From the IMG/VR virus record IMGVR_UViG_3300021255_000131, positions 32,001 through 96,000 of that record: a DNA stretch of 64,000 nucleotides; one strand, 5' to 3'. The position numbers and the translations under genes are program-made. This stretch comes from a virus (Duplodnaviria > Caudoviricetes). How positions within the stretch are numbered: the stretch's first letter is position 1; each line of letters starts with the position of its first letter. Positions 46,565 through 57,425 of this stretch are shown piece by piece. The notes under the pieces were generated by a model, which made no database searches, had not been told where the DNA came from, and saw only the letters and a program-made list of their open reading frames with translations.

Positions 46565-47692
46565 ATGAACCAAATTACGTTCATAGCGTCTGCCTCCGAG
46601 CTGCAAACTTCTGACCTGTATATGACTGTGAAAGCAACGTTGTTCACTGTACCCGAAGCAAACTTGAACGGCGTGCGCTGCACGCACGAATTCCTTTCGG
46701 AAATCGTAGAACATCAGGACAAGTATATTGGCCTGCCTCTTTGCGCAGATGTAAAAAATTTGGCACAAGGCCGATATGAAAAGCTGGGTCATTGTTACAA
46801 CCCGGTAACCGGAACCTTTCTGACGTCAATGATAGGAAGCTTTTATAAGTTTGAGTCTGTTGCTACAGAGAACGACGGAGAGGCGCTGGTTGGATACGCC
46901 AGGATTCTGAAACGGAACAAAGCTGTATGCAAGGCGATTGGCGAACTGTTTGCCGAAGGCGCGTTGAAGTTCAGCTTTGAAATTGCCTGCGGGAGTTACG
47001 AGACGCTCGACGACAAGACGATCTTGATCGACGCGGCGGACGACAATTATCTCGAAGGCATGTGTGTCGTTTCGTTCCCTGCTTGTCCCGAGGCCGTAGC
47101 GTTGCAGCTCGTGGCCGAAATCGAAGCTTGTAACAAAGATCTGACAAAGGAGGCAGAAAATATGCCTAATGAAGAGGCTGAACAGCCTATTGAAACTGTG
47201 GTCGCTGAAGAAGTGACAGAACAGGAAGCGGAACAAACCGCTGAAGTCAAACCCGAAACAGATGAAGTTGTCGCTGAAGAAACAGCTGCTGTTGTCGTGA
47301 CCGAAACGCATGTCGAAGTTGACGAAGCTAACGCTTATGATACTGAGACCGGCGAAGAAGTTTCTGAACGCAACGTTCATGAGACGACTACCCGCACCTA
47401 CGCTGAGGAAGAACAGCAAGAAGAAGAAACGGCCGCCTGCAAAGACGACAAAGAGAAGGAAGATGAAATAGCTTCTCTGAAGGAAATGATTGCCGAGCTT
47501 CGCAAGGAATTAGTTTCCGTAACGGAAGGCATCAATGATGTCCGCAACATGTTTGCGGAACGGGAAAAGCAAGTTGCTGAAACCGTCAACCCTTTCATGG
47601 CTGAAATTGAGCAGCCTGTGAAAAAGTATTCTCTGCTCGAGTCTGACAACGAGCCGGCGAGCAAGCAGTGGTCGCTGCTTGATCCGGCGTAA
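46565..47692 (+). CDS. prohead protease/scaffold protein
   Basis: ANLNG, LGH, FSFEI, GMCVVS.PA; acidic coiled-coil C-terminus; upstream of capsid. Confidence 0.7.
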   Translation: MNQITFIASASELQTSDLYMTVKATLFTVPEANLNGVRCTHEFLSEIVEHQDKYIGLPLCADVKNLAQGRYEKLGHCYNPVTGTFLTSMIGSFYKFESVATENDGEALVGYARILKRNKAVCKAIGELFAEGALKFSFEIACGSYETLDDKTILIDAADDNYLEGMCVVSFPACPEAVALQLVAEIEACNKDLTKEAENMPNEEAEQPIETVVAEEVTEQEAEQTAEVKPETDEVVAEETAAVVVTETHVEVDEANAYDTETGEEVSERNVHETTTRTYAEEEQQEEETAACKDDKEKEDEIASLKEMIAELRKELVSVTEGINDVRNMFAEREKQVAETVNPFMAEIEQPVKKYSLLESDNEPASKQWSLLDPA

Positions 47693-47760
47693 GTAAATAA
47701 ACAATCGAGTATTGCCGCCCTTCGGATTGGGCGGCAATACGCATTTTTGGAGGGATAGCT

Positions 47761-48192
47761 ATGGCTGGATACATGACCAAGCTGCAGGGCTACCTCTATG
47801 AAGGCGAATTCACTAACGGCACTGGCGCCCCCGTCGAGAACGGTACGCTGGTTGCTCTCGGTTCCGGTGATGACGCCGGCAAGATGGTCCTGCCCGCGGC
47901 TAATGCCAATACTAAGTTTGTGTGCAAGGAAGTTGCCGCTATCTATGACGGTATTCCTGCTTATCGTTTTATCGTGACTGCTATCAATACGCCCGTGTAT
48001 TTCGTCGAAAACGGCTTCGAGCTGAACGTCGGCGAGGGCGAATATGATACTACCCAATACGCCACTAAGGACGGCGCTTTCCTGCGTGCTCACCCGCTGC
48101 AGGTCGGCGAAGAGTTTGTGACCAACATGGTCACTGGCACCCCTGTGGCTGGCACCGAGTACTCCGTCAAGGCTGACGGTACGATCGGTTAA
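47761..48192 (+). CDS. capsid decoration/minor head protein
   Basis: VENGTLVALG; position before major capsid; strong codon bias. Confidence 0.65.
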   Translation: MAGYMTKLQGYLYEGEFTNGTGAPVENGTLVALGSGDDAGKMVLPAANANTKFVCKEVAAIYDGIPAYRFIVTAINTPVYFVENGFELNVGEGEYDTTQYATKDGAFLRAHPLQVGEEFVTNMVTGTPVAGTEYSVKADGTIG

Positions 48193-48213
48193 TCAGGCTG
48201 AGAGGTGATAACT

Positions 48214-49218
48214 ATGGCTGATATTAATGTGACAAAAGACAGTAAGTTTGTAAAGGTGCTTACTGCTCAGGCTAAGAACGAACGCGTTGATTCTAACCTG
48301 GTTCAGGAAGCTAACGAGATCGTTGCCGAACTCGTGAAGGATCCTTCTCCCCAGAATCGCCATCAATTGGCGCAGACTGTCGGCTTCGCCGTCAACGATC
48401 TGCAGCAGGGCGAGCTGGATTTCCTCAATCATGTTGCCGACATTAAGAACATTGCGTATGGCGACAAGGCCGCGTTCAATGTGAAGACCGGCGGTATCAA
48501 GGCGTATATCCAGGCCAAGGGCTCTACAACCGCCCGCAGCTACGTGGCTGACCGTCAGGTGACGCTGGAGACCGTTGAAATCTCCGCTCGTCCCGCGATC
48601 AACATTATGGATCTGCGTACCGGCCGTGTGAACATGGCCGACCTGATCCGTGAAGCAAACCGCGAAATGACCAACATGAAGCTCGCCAAGATCGAAGGCG
48701 TGCTGCATGACGCGATCGACGATTATGCTTCCCCGTTCTACGCTACCGGTACCGGCGTGGTCAAGGCCACCCTGGACGCCCAGCTGGCGTACTTCAACCG
48801 CCTGGGCAATGTGACCCTGCTGGGTGACGCGGCCGCGGTTGGTCAGCTGTCTGGTATTACTGGCTTCGCGAGCTACAGCGGCCAGAACATGATCGTGAGC
48901 CCGTCCGACAATATGATCGACGAGCTGAACAACAACGGCTTCATCGGCCGTTATATGGGCGCGAACGTTATGAAGCTGCAGAACGCATACAAGGATGGTA
49001 CGACCACTCCTGTGCTGGCTGTGGACTGGATCTATATCCTGCCCGCTGGCATGACCGGCGATGCTCGCAACCTGAAGGTTGTGAACGAAGGCAACGTTAA
49101 CGCGTTTGAATCTCAGAACATCGACGATCTCGTTTACGAGATCCGCCTCGATCAATGGTTTGGTGCTGGCTTTGTGACCGGCAAGCTGCCTACGATCGGC
49201 GCTTATAAGATCGGCTAA
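48214..49218 (+). CDS. major capsid protein
   Basis: 334 aa, strong codon bias, followed by hairpin terminator. Confidence 0.8.
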   Translation: MADINVTKDSKFVKVLTAQAKNERVDSNLVQEANEIVAELVKDPSPQNRHQLAQTVGFAVNDLQQGELDFLNHVADIKNIAYGDKAAFNVKTGGIKAYIQAKGSTTARSYVADRQVTLETVEISARPAINIMDLRTGRVNMADLIREANREMTNMKLAKIEGVLHDAIDDYASPFYATGTGVVKATLDAQLAYFNRLGNVTLLGDAAAVGQLSGITGFASYSGQNMIVSPSDNMIDELNNNGFIGRYMGANVMKLQNAYKDGTTTPVLAVDWIYILPAGMTGDARNLKVVNEGNVNAFESQNIDDLVYEIRLDQWFGAGFVTGKLPTIGAYKIG

Positions 49219-49224
49219 TTTAAC

Positions 49225-49259
49225 GCGAGGCCGTCCTTTATGGGGCGGCCTCGCTCTTA
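49225..49259 (+). terminator. terminator after capsid gene
   Basis: gcgaggccgtcc/gggcggcctcgc stem. Confidence 0.6.
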
Positions 49260-49278
49260 AGGTAGAAAGGTGTTAATT

Positions 49279-49725
49279 ATGACTGAAACATTATATCGAG
49301 TATACAATAAATGCAAGTATGATATCGGTGTCGTGACTCAACAGAATATCGGTATCAATATCAAGGCCGGCAGTTTTCAGATGCTGACGCCTAACGATAT
49401 TGCGTTTATCGAAGCAAACTGTGCCGACAGGAAATTCTTTTCTCAGAGGATGCTTGTGCCCGTCGATGACGATGGCAATGAGGTCGATCTGCGAAAGGTG
49501 CATGTGCCGGTTGACGTAGACGTTGTGCCGCACAGAAGTGACGACGAAATCATTGCTGCGCTGAAAGGATCCGCGAAGAAGCTTGAAGACTGGCTGTCTA
49601 CGATCGACGATCCTGCCGAGCTGCATGCTATTTATAAAGTTGCCGAGGGGCTTGATCTCCCCGCGAGCAAGCTGAAGATTCTCAGCGGCAAGATGCCGAA
49701 CAAAGACTGGCTCGACCAGCGTTAA
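49279..49725 (+). CDS. hypothetical virion/morphogenesis protein
   Basis: Position after capsid; SD AAAGGTG. Confidence 0.6.
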   Translation: MTETLYRVYNKCKYDIGVVTQQNIGINIKAGSFQMLTPNDIAFIEANCADRKFFSQRMLVPVDDDGNEVDLRKVHVPVDVDVVPHRSDDEIIAALKGSAKKLEDWLSTIDDPAELHAIYKVAEGLDLPASKLKILSGKMPNKDWLDQR

Positions 49726-49747
49726 CTTAATTTGGGAGGTGAGACTT

Positions 49748-50176
49748 GTGACAAGCATCAATGATCTGATCGACGAAGTGAAGGATGCTACCGGGTGGCA
49801 GCGTACGCCTGAGCCTGTGACAGACAGCGACTATAAGCGCTTAATTGTCAACGCTATCAAAACGCTGTTTATTGATACGGGTCGAACCTTCCAGTATAAA
49901 AAAGAATATCTGACTCAAGACGAAAAAGGCAACGACGTCTTTGACTACGATTTCGAGATTGACGAAGAGAAGTACATTCTTCTGACAGCGCAAATTGGAT
50001 TCTTTAAAAAGGTTCAATCTGACGTGAATAACATCGTCAGCTACAGTACAGACGCGTTAACCGTCACATCGGCTGACAAACCTTACACTCATTTACAGGA
50101 CACTATCGGTGAGCTTGAGAATGAGCGCAGGATCGTTTTCTATAAAATGAGCAGGTTTGTTTGCCTGCAGAACTAA
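49748..50176 (+). CDS. putative head-tail adaptor
   Basis: Size and position; GGAGGTG before GTG. Confidence 0.5.
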   Translation: MTSINDLIDEVKDATGWQRTPEPVTDSDYKRLIVNAIKTLFIDTGRTFQYKKEYLTQDEKGNDVFDYDFEIDEEKYILLTAQIGFFKKVQSDVNNIVSYSTDALTVTSADKPYTHLQDTIGELENERRIVFYKMSRFVCLQN

Positions 50177-50191
50177 GAGGAGGAACCCAAT

Positions 50192-51355
50192 ATGCCTAAT
50201 GAATACACTGTGATTCATGCGGAAGATCATGCTGCCGCATTATACGCGGCGCAGCTTCAGGCCCGCATCGACGAAATCGAAGCCAGCGGCAGCGCTGTTG
50301 ACGAGCATGGTGATCCGGTTACTATCGCCGCTGACCAGGTCGTTAAGTCCGGTACTGAAATCGGCGGCATTACGATTGGCAGTAAACGCACTGCCTTCTA
50401 TGCTCCTGAGGTGCAAGTGCCAGAAGCGTCCAAGGTTGTTGTAACACCTTTGACGAACACAGGCACAAAGATTGCAAATATCAAGGTCGATAACACGCTG
50501 CACTCAATCTACGCGCCGGCTGGTGAACAAGTAACAGTTACGCCTGCGCTGAGCAACGGTGTGGCCATTGGTACGATCAAGGTTGGTAATACGACAAAAA
50601 CACTGTACGCACCCGAAATCATTGACGATGGCAGCGGCGGCACAGTTGATATCAGCGGCAAGCTTGACGCACCGGCTACCCCCGGTACAAGCGGGCAAGT
50701 GCTTGCCACGAACGGCCAGGGCACTACCTACTGGACAAACAATGGTTCTGGCGGCGGTTCTACTGTTACAGTAACACCGCGGCTTTCAAGCGGCACAAAC
50801 ATCGCTACGATCACCGTCAACGGCACGGCGACGCAGCTGTACGCTCCGACGTCCGGTGGTGGTGGCTCTACTGTCGTGACCGGCGGCGGGGCGTTCCCGC
50901 TGCTGAAGTCTATCACGCTTGACGAAGATGTTTCAACCATCGTCATCAGCGAAGACGACGGTGGCAACGGTTTGAGTCTGACCGAAGGGTTCTTTATTCA
51001 GGCTGAGTTTGAACTCGCTTCTGAGAACCGCGCTCAGTATTTCAATGTTAGTCTTGGCAGCTCGGACAGCGAGAACAATGTGCCTGTGAGCACAAACCAT
51101 CGTCTCGACACGACCAGGTTCACTTATGCCGATATCTACGGTGTTCAGGTCGCTCCGCAGCAATGGCTTGTTGAAACACACACGAAGCAAGCAATGTACG
51201 ACGGCGCCACCGGCGTTGGCACAAATGTCGGTAACTTAAGCTATAACAACTGGAACGGTTTTAACAACCCGCCGGCTACAGTCAACCGTGTAGTGATCAG
51301 CTTCAACACTTCGCTGTTCGGCAAGAATACGAAGATCAAACTCTTCGGTCGGTAA
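50192..51355 (+). CDS. fibre-like virion protein with internal repeats
   Basis: Four GTxIxxIxV...YAP repeats, GQVLATNGQG..W motif, Gly/Thr-rich. Confidence 0.65.
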   Translation: MPNEYTVIHAEDHAAALYAAQLQARIDEIEASGSAVDEHGDPVTIAADQVVKSGTEIGGITIGSKRTAFYAPEVQVPEASKVVVTPLTNTGTKIANIKVDNTLHSIYAPAGEQVTVTPALSNGVAIGTIKVGNTTKTLYAPEIIDDGSGGTVDISGKLDAPATPGTSGQVLATNGQGTTYWTNNGSGGGSTVTVTPRLSSGTNIATITVNGTATQLYAPTSGGGGSTVVTGGGAFPLLKSITLDEDVSTIVISEDDGGNGLSLTEGFFIQAEFELASENRAQYFNVSLGSSDSENNVPVSTNHRLDTTRFTYADIYGVQVAPQQWLVETHTKQAMYDGATGVGTNVGNLSYNNWNGFNNPPATVNRVVISFNTSLFGKNTKIKLFGR

Positions 51356-51384
51356 TTTTTATTTAAGGAAACAGAGGCCAAGGT

Positions 51385-51729
51385 ATGAATAAGGACTTCA
51401 CAGTACAGATCGATTACATGAACCGCAATATGGATCACGTTGATCGTAAACAATATCTGTTCAATGAATATACTGGCATGCTTGAGCTCGAGATTAAACG
51501 CCTTATTCTCGATGTTGAGGATGCTTTTTATAAGCTGGAAGACGACAAGCAAAAGGATGAATGGTCTGCCGAAGCCAAGCAAAGCTTCGGCAGGATCCGT
51601 CATAAGCTGCTTGATATCGCCAACGCTGTTGGGCGCCTTCCGAAAACACTTCATTACAAAGGCGTGTCTTGCTCTGAAATCAAGCTGTCTGATCTTATTG
51701 CGGACATCGTTGACAAATCTGCTAAGTAA
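51385..51729 (+). CDS. hypothetical protein
   Basis: 114 aa ORF in operon. Confidence 0.6.
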   Translation: MNKDFTVQIDYMNRNMDHVDRKQYLFNEYTGMLELEIKRLILDVEDAFYKLEDDKQKDEWSAEAKQSFGRIRHKLLDIANAVGRLPKTLHYKGVSCSEIKLSDLIADIVDKSAK

Positions 51730-51746
51730 CACAGGGGGAGAGGTCA

Positions 51747-52469
51747 ATGTCAAAAGCGTACGTGCCGGCTGGCACAAATAAACGGTTTTATATTCCGCCA
51801 ACGTTGGCCTCAGACTTTACTGAATTTCTGAGCAACGATATTCCAGATACTGTAATGGACTTTATTGTATATCACGATTGGTATGACCAGTTCTTGGACG
51901 GATACGTGGACACTATCGTCAGAGGCGAAGTGTACCCGGACTCCTCCAAGAGCCGTTATACCAACATGGACAACAACATGAATATCCGTTGCAATGTCGA
52001 TAGCGGCATCCGTAAAGGAGACATCGTCAAAGACGAAAATGGAAGGATCTATATACTTGACTGGGAAGTGCATGAGCAAAGCAATAACGCACCCTCGCGG
52101 GCTTTACGTTGCAACATGTATCTGACCGTTGAGCATTTTTACAGAGAAGAGACAGATGACGAAGGCTATCTGATTAAAGAAGAGGGCTGGAAGCCGCTGT
52201 TTGAAAACCTTCCTTCTAACGGCTACAGATATGACGGCAGGCCGGAATACTCCGCGATCTCTGCTACTCCTGGCGTTACGCCTAACGCTCTGACGATCGT
52301 CACCGTGCAGTATAACGATAAAACGAAGTTTATCCGCATCGGTGATCGGTTCAACTGGGGCGGCGAGTATTTTGAAATCGTTGACGTCAACCGGATCGGT
52401 GTTTCGTTAGACGAAACCTTTGGCTGCATTACGCTGCAGGCAAAGAAGGCGGCGGGTGGTATTCAATGA
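51747..52469 (+). CDS. putative head closure protein
   Basis: IRKGDIV, IRIGDRF beta-rich repeats; position. Confidence 0.5.
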   Translation: MSKAYVPAGTNKRFYIPPTLASDFTEFLSNDIPDTVMDFIVYHDWYDQFLDGYVDTIVRGEVYPDSSKSRYTNMDNNMNIRCNVDSGIRKGDIVKDENGRIYILDWEVHEQSNNAPSRALRCNMYLTVEHFYREETDDEGYLIKEEGWKPLFENLPSNGYRYDGRPEYSAISATPGVTPNALTIVTVQYNDKTKFIRIGDRFNWGGEYFEIVDVNRIGVSLDETFGCITLQAKKAAGGIQ

Positions 52470-52738
52470 GCTTGTTAAACACTGACGCTATCATGAAAAG
52501 AATCGACGATATAGTCAACGAAAAAGCGCACGGCATGTTGGATAAAATGCTTGCTATTCTTGACTATGAGGGCCGTGTAGAGAAGACGGATTTGTCTCAG
52601 GTTACGGGCTCGGTTGAAAAGAAAGGCGACAATGAGTATAACATCGAGTTTCATCTCGGCGCCTTGAACGAAGACGAAAACAAACTCTTCAAAGAAATTT
52701 ATTATCCAAACATGTTAATCAAAAGGAAGTGGGACTAA
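52466..52738 (+). CDS. hypothetical neck/tail protein
   Basis: Coupled to both neighbours. Confidence 0.55.
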   Translation: MSLLNTDAIMKRIDDIVNEKAHGMLDKMLAILDYEGRVEKTDLSQVTGSVEKKGDNEYNIEFHLGALNEDENKLFKEIYYPNMLIKRKWD

Positions 52739-53205
52739 TGCCATCAGCATGGATTTCAGAATGGAACACCATTCTCAGAAAGGTTATCTGGAAAGATGAC
52801 AAGCTCAAAGAATTAATGATGATCCCTGACGGCACAGATATTATCACTTTCTTTGACAAATACTTTATCAGAGCTGGGTACGCAAACACCTTGGTTGAGC
52901 ACGAAGACGTCCGCATCACATACGGCGTTATGGGAAACAGTGATACTGATGTCCCAGACGTGAAACGGAATATGCTTAACTTTGACATCTATGTGAAAAC
53001 AGAACATCTGCATGACGCAGACAGAGATCGGTTGCTTTATCGAACCGTTCTGATTGCGGACCGGCTTAAAGAAATGCTGAAGCGGAAAGATTTTATCGAA
53101 GGTACTGGTTATAAGTTCCGGCTCGCTGGCGAAGGCGAGCTCGGCACCCGTACGATTGGATACAGCAGATACGGTATCAGCTTCAGCTTTATGCGTGTTT
53201 ATTAA
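52738..53205 (+). CDS. putative tail terminator/completion protein
   Basis: LNFDIYV...R...IADRLKEML; directly before tail tube. Confidence 0.55.
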   Translation: MPSAWISEWNTILRKVIWKDDKLKELMMIPDGTDIITFFDKYFIRAGYANTLVEHEDVRITYGVMGNSDTDVPDVKRNMLNFDIYVKTEHLHDADRDRLLYRTVLIADRLKEMLKRKDFIEGTGYKFRLAGEGELGTRTIGYSRYGISFSFMRVY

Positions 53206-53303
53206 CACACATTGATATATCTTGCGCGGATTCTGTGGGAGGTTTCCAAGCTTTATATGTCATCTGTGTTGGTAAAAATAAATTCGAAAGGAAGTGCTTC
53301 TGA

Positions 53304-55338
53304 ATGAGCACTTATATTGCCGCGTACAAAGGGTAAATAACATTGCCCCATATGACAGTGATGCCATATGCAAACTCACCTAAACGGAGGAAATCTTAAG
53401 CTTGGCAACTTAAGACTACTTACCGTGCTAAAGGTTGGAGATTGTTTACGATTGTTCCATGATTATAGGATTATGTAACCAATCAAAAGCCTAACGATCA
53501 TCCCTGATGGGAGTAGGGGCAAGTGTCCCGAAATGGTGAGCGTCTCATTGAGACGGTGATATGATCTACTCTGCATGGCGACATGCAGCTGCCTTATTGG
53601 CGGCAGAAGCTTAACGAACTTCTGCGAATAATAGGATATCGCTGACGTTCCGCGCGTGTGGTTCCGTCGTTGCGATGGCCGCATTTTCTATTTTGACGAA
53701 ATCACTCAGGCGAACGCCTCTCCTAACGTCCAGTATACCGAAATCAACGCCGGTTGGTCTCTGTTCCCCGTTGCGTACTTACCCGGTCAGTCTACCATGG
53801 AAATCTCCATGACCTCCGGTCAGTTCAACGCCGACCTGTTCGCGCTGGCAAATGGTTCCAACTTCAAGGCCGACGCCGCCTATACCACTTACACCACCGA
53901 GCACCTGACGGTCGACGCTACTTCTCACAGCATCACCCTCACCAATACGCCTGTGGCGCATAGCATTTCCATTGGCGGTATGGTTGAAGGTACGACCGCC
54001 GGCGCTGGCACTGAAGATACTGATAACCTCGACACCTTCGCGGTTGCCGAAAAGGTTATCACCCTGCCTGACGACGTCACTGGCGAAATCGAAGTTTCCT
54101 ATGAGTATGTCGTGACCGACGCGAAGGTTGCCGAAATCGACAACCAGACCTCCGCTATCGGCGAAGCTGTCTTCAAGTGGCCGGTATACAACTCTGGCGA
54201 AGACTGCACTGACGCCTCTATCAAGGGCTACGTTATCATGAAGGTGTACCGCTGCCGCGTCAGTCAGATGCCCGGTTTCGATACAAGCTATAAATCTGCG
54301 GCTTAGTAATATAGGCCCCTATAATAGAAATATTATTTGAACAACCTGCTTAAACGGGGAACGTCTCAAAAGAGATAACCTACCGTGCTAAAAGCATAAT
54401 TCCAAACGTCCTCAAGAAAGGACGTGTTTTATTATAGAAACGTATATTGTCTACATGCACGTGAATAAGATTAACGATAAAAAGTATATTGGTATTACCA
54501 AGAGAGAGCCTGACGAAAGATGGAAAAACGGAAGAGGCTATTCGAAGAACGTACATTTTTACAGAGCTATTAAAAAGTACGGATGGGATAACTTTAACCA
54601 TGTGATCCTTTGTGAAGGTTTGACAAAAGACGAAGCTTGCCAAACTGAAAAAGACTTAATTAAGAAGTATAAAACCACCGATGAAGAGTATGGTTATAAC
54701 AACTGTGCTGGCGGCGAGGGTGTTTCCGGATATCGCCATACGGAAGCAACAAAGAGAATTATTTCTGAACGTATGAAGGGTGAACATAATCCGAATTACG
54801 GTGGAGTACACAATACGCCGGAGCAAATGAAAAAACTTCTTGAAGCAAATTTAGGATTAAAGCATACAGAAGAACATAAGAAAAAGATTGGAGAAGCTCT
54901 TAGAGGACAACATTATCACGATGAGACGTTTAAAAAAGCATTATCTGAAAGAGCATCTCATCCAGTTCAAAGAGATGACGGTGTTATATACAAATCTGTT
55001 AAAGAGGCTGCGGCCGCGATGGGTGTTTGCCGCGCAGCTATCAGCCAATCGATCAAACGAAATCAAAAATCATGTGGATACGTTTGGAGTTATGTAAAAG
55101 CCTAACGACTATTCCGGAAGGAAGTAGAGCACAAGCGATTGGTGCTCGAAATGGCAGGGCTCTTCAATTTAAGAGCGTGATATAGTCTGCTCTGCACAGT
55201 GATGTGCAGCTGTACAACAGTACGGGCGCGGTGTAGCGAACCGCGCCGAACATAAGGACTAATAGCGTCACCTGGGCCACGATGGACCCGAAGCGTGACG
55301 ACGGCAAAGCGTACAGCATTGCCTACGTTGCTGCCTAA
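53304..55338 (+). CDS. major tail tube protein, three exons (53304-53334, 53636-54303, 55258-55338)
   Basis: Splicing gives a continuous frame MSTYIAAYKG-Y-IADVPRVWF...YKSAA-TNSVTWATMDPKRDDGKAYSIAYVAA. Confidence 0.8.
53335..53635 (+). mobile_element. group I intron, ORF-less (301 nt)
   Basis: Exon ends in U with P1 gggU/Gccc, terminal G, core AAGCCTAACGATCAT...GATATGATCTA. Confidence 0.85.
54304..55257 (+). mobile_element. group I intron with homing endonuclease (954 nt)
   Basis: P1 ggcU/Ggcc, terminal G, core AAGCCTAACGACTAT...GATATAGTCTG. Confidence 0.88.
54431..55105 (+). CDS. intron-encoded GIY-YIG homing endonuclease with NUMOD3/NUMOD1-like repeats
   Basis: YIVYMH...KKYIGIT...ERW, AIKKYGWDNF, GYN, HTEATK, HTEEHKKKI; motif begins upstream of ATG 54455. 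Confidence 0.85.
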   Translation: MIETYIVYMHVNKINDKKYIGITKREPDERWKNGRGYSKNVHFYRAIKKYGWDNFNHVILCEGLTKDEACQTEKDLIKKYKTTDEEYGYNNCAGGEGVSGYRHTEATKRIISERMKGEHNPNYGGVHNTPEQMKKLLEANLGLKHTEEHKKKIGEALRGQHYHDETFKKALSERASHPVQRDDGVIYKSVKEAAAAMGVCRAAISQSIKRNQKSCGYVWSYVKA

Positions 55339-55431
55339 TTATAATTAAATACTCAAGCGTTTATTAAGACTATATAAGGTTTAGCCGCGCAAGCGGTGTT
55401 ATTAAGGCAGTCCTTTCTAATATACGCGATC

Positions 55432-55465
55432 AGGGGACACTGCCTTGTGCAGTGTCCCCTTTTTT
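55432..55465 (+). terminator. Rho-independent terminator after tail tube gene
   Basis: aggggacactgc/gcagtgtcccct + T tract. Confidence 0.75.
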
Positions 55466-55493
55466 AAAACCATAAGGAATGAAGGTGTCTGTA

Positions 55494-56302
55494 ATGCTCG
55501 CAGAAGAAAAGCCGGTTCCGGAAGTTTTAGAAGAAGAAGTTCCAAAGCCGGCGCCAAACAAAAAGAGAAAAGTAATTCCGAAAGAGAATACTGCGCTCAA
55601 GGAAACACCTGAAGAAAAGAAGCTTGATAAAGCAATGCCGGTCGAGGTGAATCCTGAAAACTGCGTTACTATAAACGGCGAGACGATTGAAATAAAGCCG
55701 ACGAAGCTGAAGTATCAGCGCAACCGTACGGCCGCCGCTTATCATATTCTCGAAGTCTATCCTCTCGCTGACATCTTAGCTTGGGACAAGGGCGTCGTTG
55801 ATCCAGAGCGTGACGGAGATCAGGTCGTATTTGATTTCCTGATTGCTGTGTTCGACAACAGCAAGCTTGTTGCCAGGCTATACGACTCAATGACGACTGG
55901 CGATATAGAACGCATCCTTCAGATTTTTAAGCGTCTCAATAAAATTCAAGAGAAAGAGGACGCGGCAAAAAACCGGGCGGCCAAGGAAACGAATCGTTAA
56001 GCCTTGACGAAGCCGTGGCTATGATTGCAGTTTACCTTGGCGAAACAAACGAAGACAACATCGACAATATGAGCTGGCCATTTTTCAACGACGTCTTGGC
56101 GGCTTTGGGTAAGCGCGTGAATTATGACGCTGTTGTCAACTATGCAGGAAACGCGTTTGCTAAAGACAGTTGGAAGATTATCCAGGAAGCTAATCCTATG
56201 ACGAAGCCTAAGAAGATGAGCACGAGCTTTATCGACATGCTGAGTAAACCGAACACGATGTCGAAGATCGAGGATCTTGGAGACTTGTCATGGGCGCAAT
56301 AG
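55494..56302 (+). CDS. tail assembly chaperone pair (G/GT type) joined by -1 frameshift
   Basis: Slippery A AAA AAC at 55967-55973; the -1 frame is open into ORF 56015..56302. Confidence 0.8.
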
Positions 56303-56394
56303 TACATAAACACTATTGCTTGCTGCGTGCTAAAGCACGCATGGCACAATAGCGTATATACGTTACAATTATATTTTTCAAAGGAGATCTTATT

Positions 56395-56622
56395 ATGAAC
56401 AAAGAGAACGCTGCTTATCAGTATTACGATATTATGGTCAACAACTATCAGCGCTGGCAGATGAACGTCATCGACAGCAAGGCTTGCCGCGGGCGTTTTA
56501 TTAACGCGGCGATCAACCTTGCTAAGCTGAATATGCCGAACCCGTTTACGTTTGCGCAGACGCATGACAATGCTCAGGCTCGGCCTGTTGAACCCGGTAT
56601 TGTGACAGCTGTTGCTGAATAA
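56395..56622 (+). CDS. hypothetical protein
   Basis: AAGGAG SD, hairpin after stop. Confidence 0.6.
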   Translation: MNKENAAYQYYDIMVNNYQRWQMNVIDSKACRGRFINAAINLAKLNMPNPFTFAQTHDNAQARPVEPGIVTAVAE

Positions 56623-56681
56623 AATAAAAATACGCCCTGCGGCTTTGAGCGCCGCAGGGCGGTGTAAAGGAAGATAAGATT

Positions 56682-57317
56682 ATGATACAAGCGATTGAAA
56701 CGTACTATAAAGGCTATCGATTCCGTTCGCGGCTTGAAGCAAGATGGGCTGTATTCTTTGATGAATGCGGCGTTGTCTGGGAGTACGAAAGCCAGGGTTA
56801 CAAATGCAGTGACGGCACCTGTTATTTGCCGGATTTTCTGCTACACAATGTCGCCGGCCGTGTTAATGGAGATTTATACGTAGAAGTCAAAGGACAGATG
56901 AACGACGCCGACGCCAAGAAGATCAAAGCTTTCGTTGCAGAAGGCATGACCGAAGATAATAGATATACGAATACGCCTATATTGATTGTTGGCGATATAC
57001 CTTATGGAGATACGATCGACGATGTTATTGAATGCATCTTCGAACGCGCATACGATGATCATGAGAAGTGGCCAAACTTCTACAACTTTGAAACAATTGA
57101 CGGCGATTACTTTGCTGCTTATCCTGGTATCAATCGCAGAGGACAGTTTGAAATCTTCGGAGATGCCGTGCACTATCTTGGCAGAATGAACAGGCAGGCG
57201 ACAGAACAAGCTTATCGTACCGCCAGGCAGGCGCGGTTTGAACACGGAGAGAGACCAGTCCAAACGTATCAGAATTGGTCAGATACCACATTACTTACAA
57301 ACAGAAGATACAGATAA
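56682..57317 (+). CDS. PD-(D/E)XK-fold nuclease-like protein
   Basis: FRSRLEARWAVFFD, WEYE, YLPDF, VEVKG. Confidence 0.75.
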   Translation: MIQAIETYYKGYRFRSRLEARWAVFFDECGVVWEYESQGYKCSDGTCYLPDFLLHNVAGRVNGDLYVEVKGQMNDADAKKIKAFVAEGMTEDNRYTNTPILIVGDIPYGDTIDDVIECIFERAYDDHEKWPNFYNFETIDGDYFAAYPGINRRGQFEIFGDAVHYLGRMNRQATEQAYRTARQARFEHGERPVQTYQNWSDTTLLTNRRYR

Positions 57318-57425
57318 AACAATCTTTCAATATTTTGTAAAGGCGCCGACGTGAACCGGCGCCTTGCGAGAGCATTAATCGAAGCTGCTGGTAACAGCTT
57401 TTAGTTTATCAATGACCGTCTTTTG

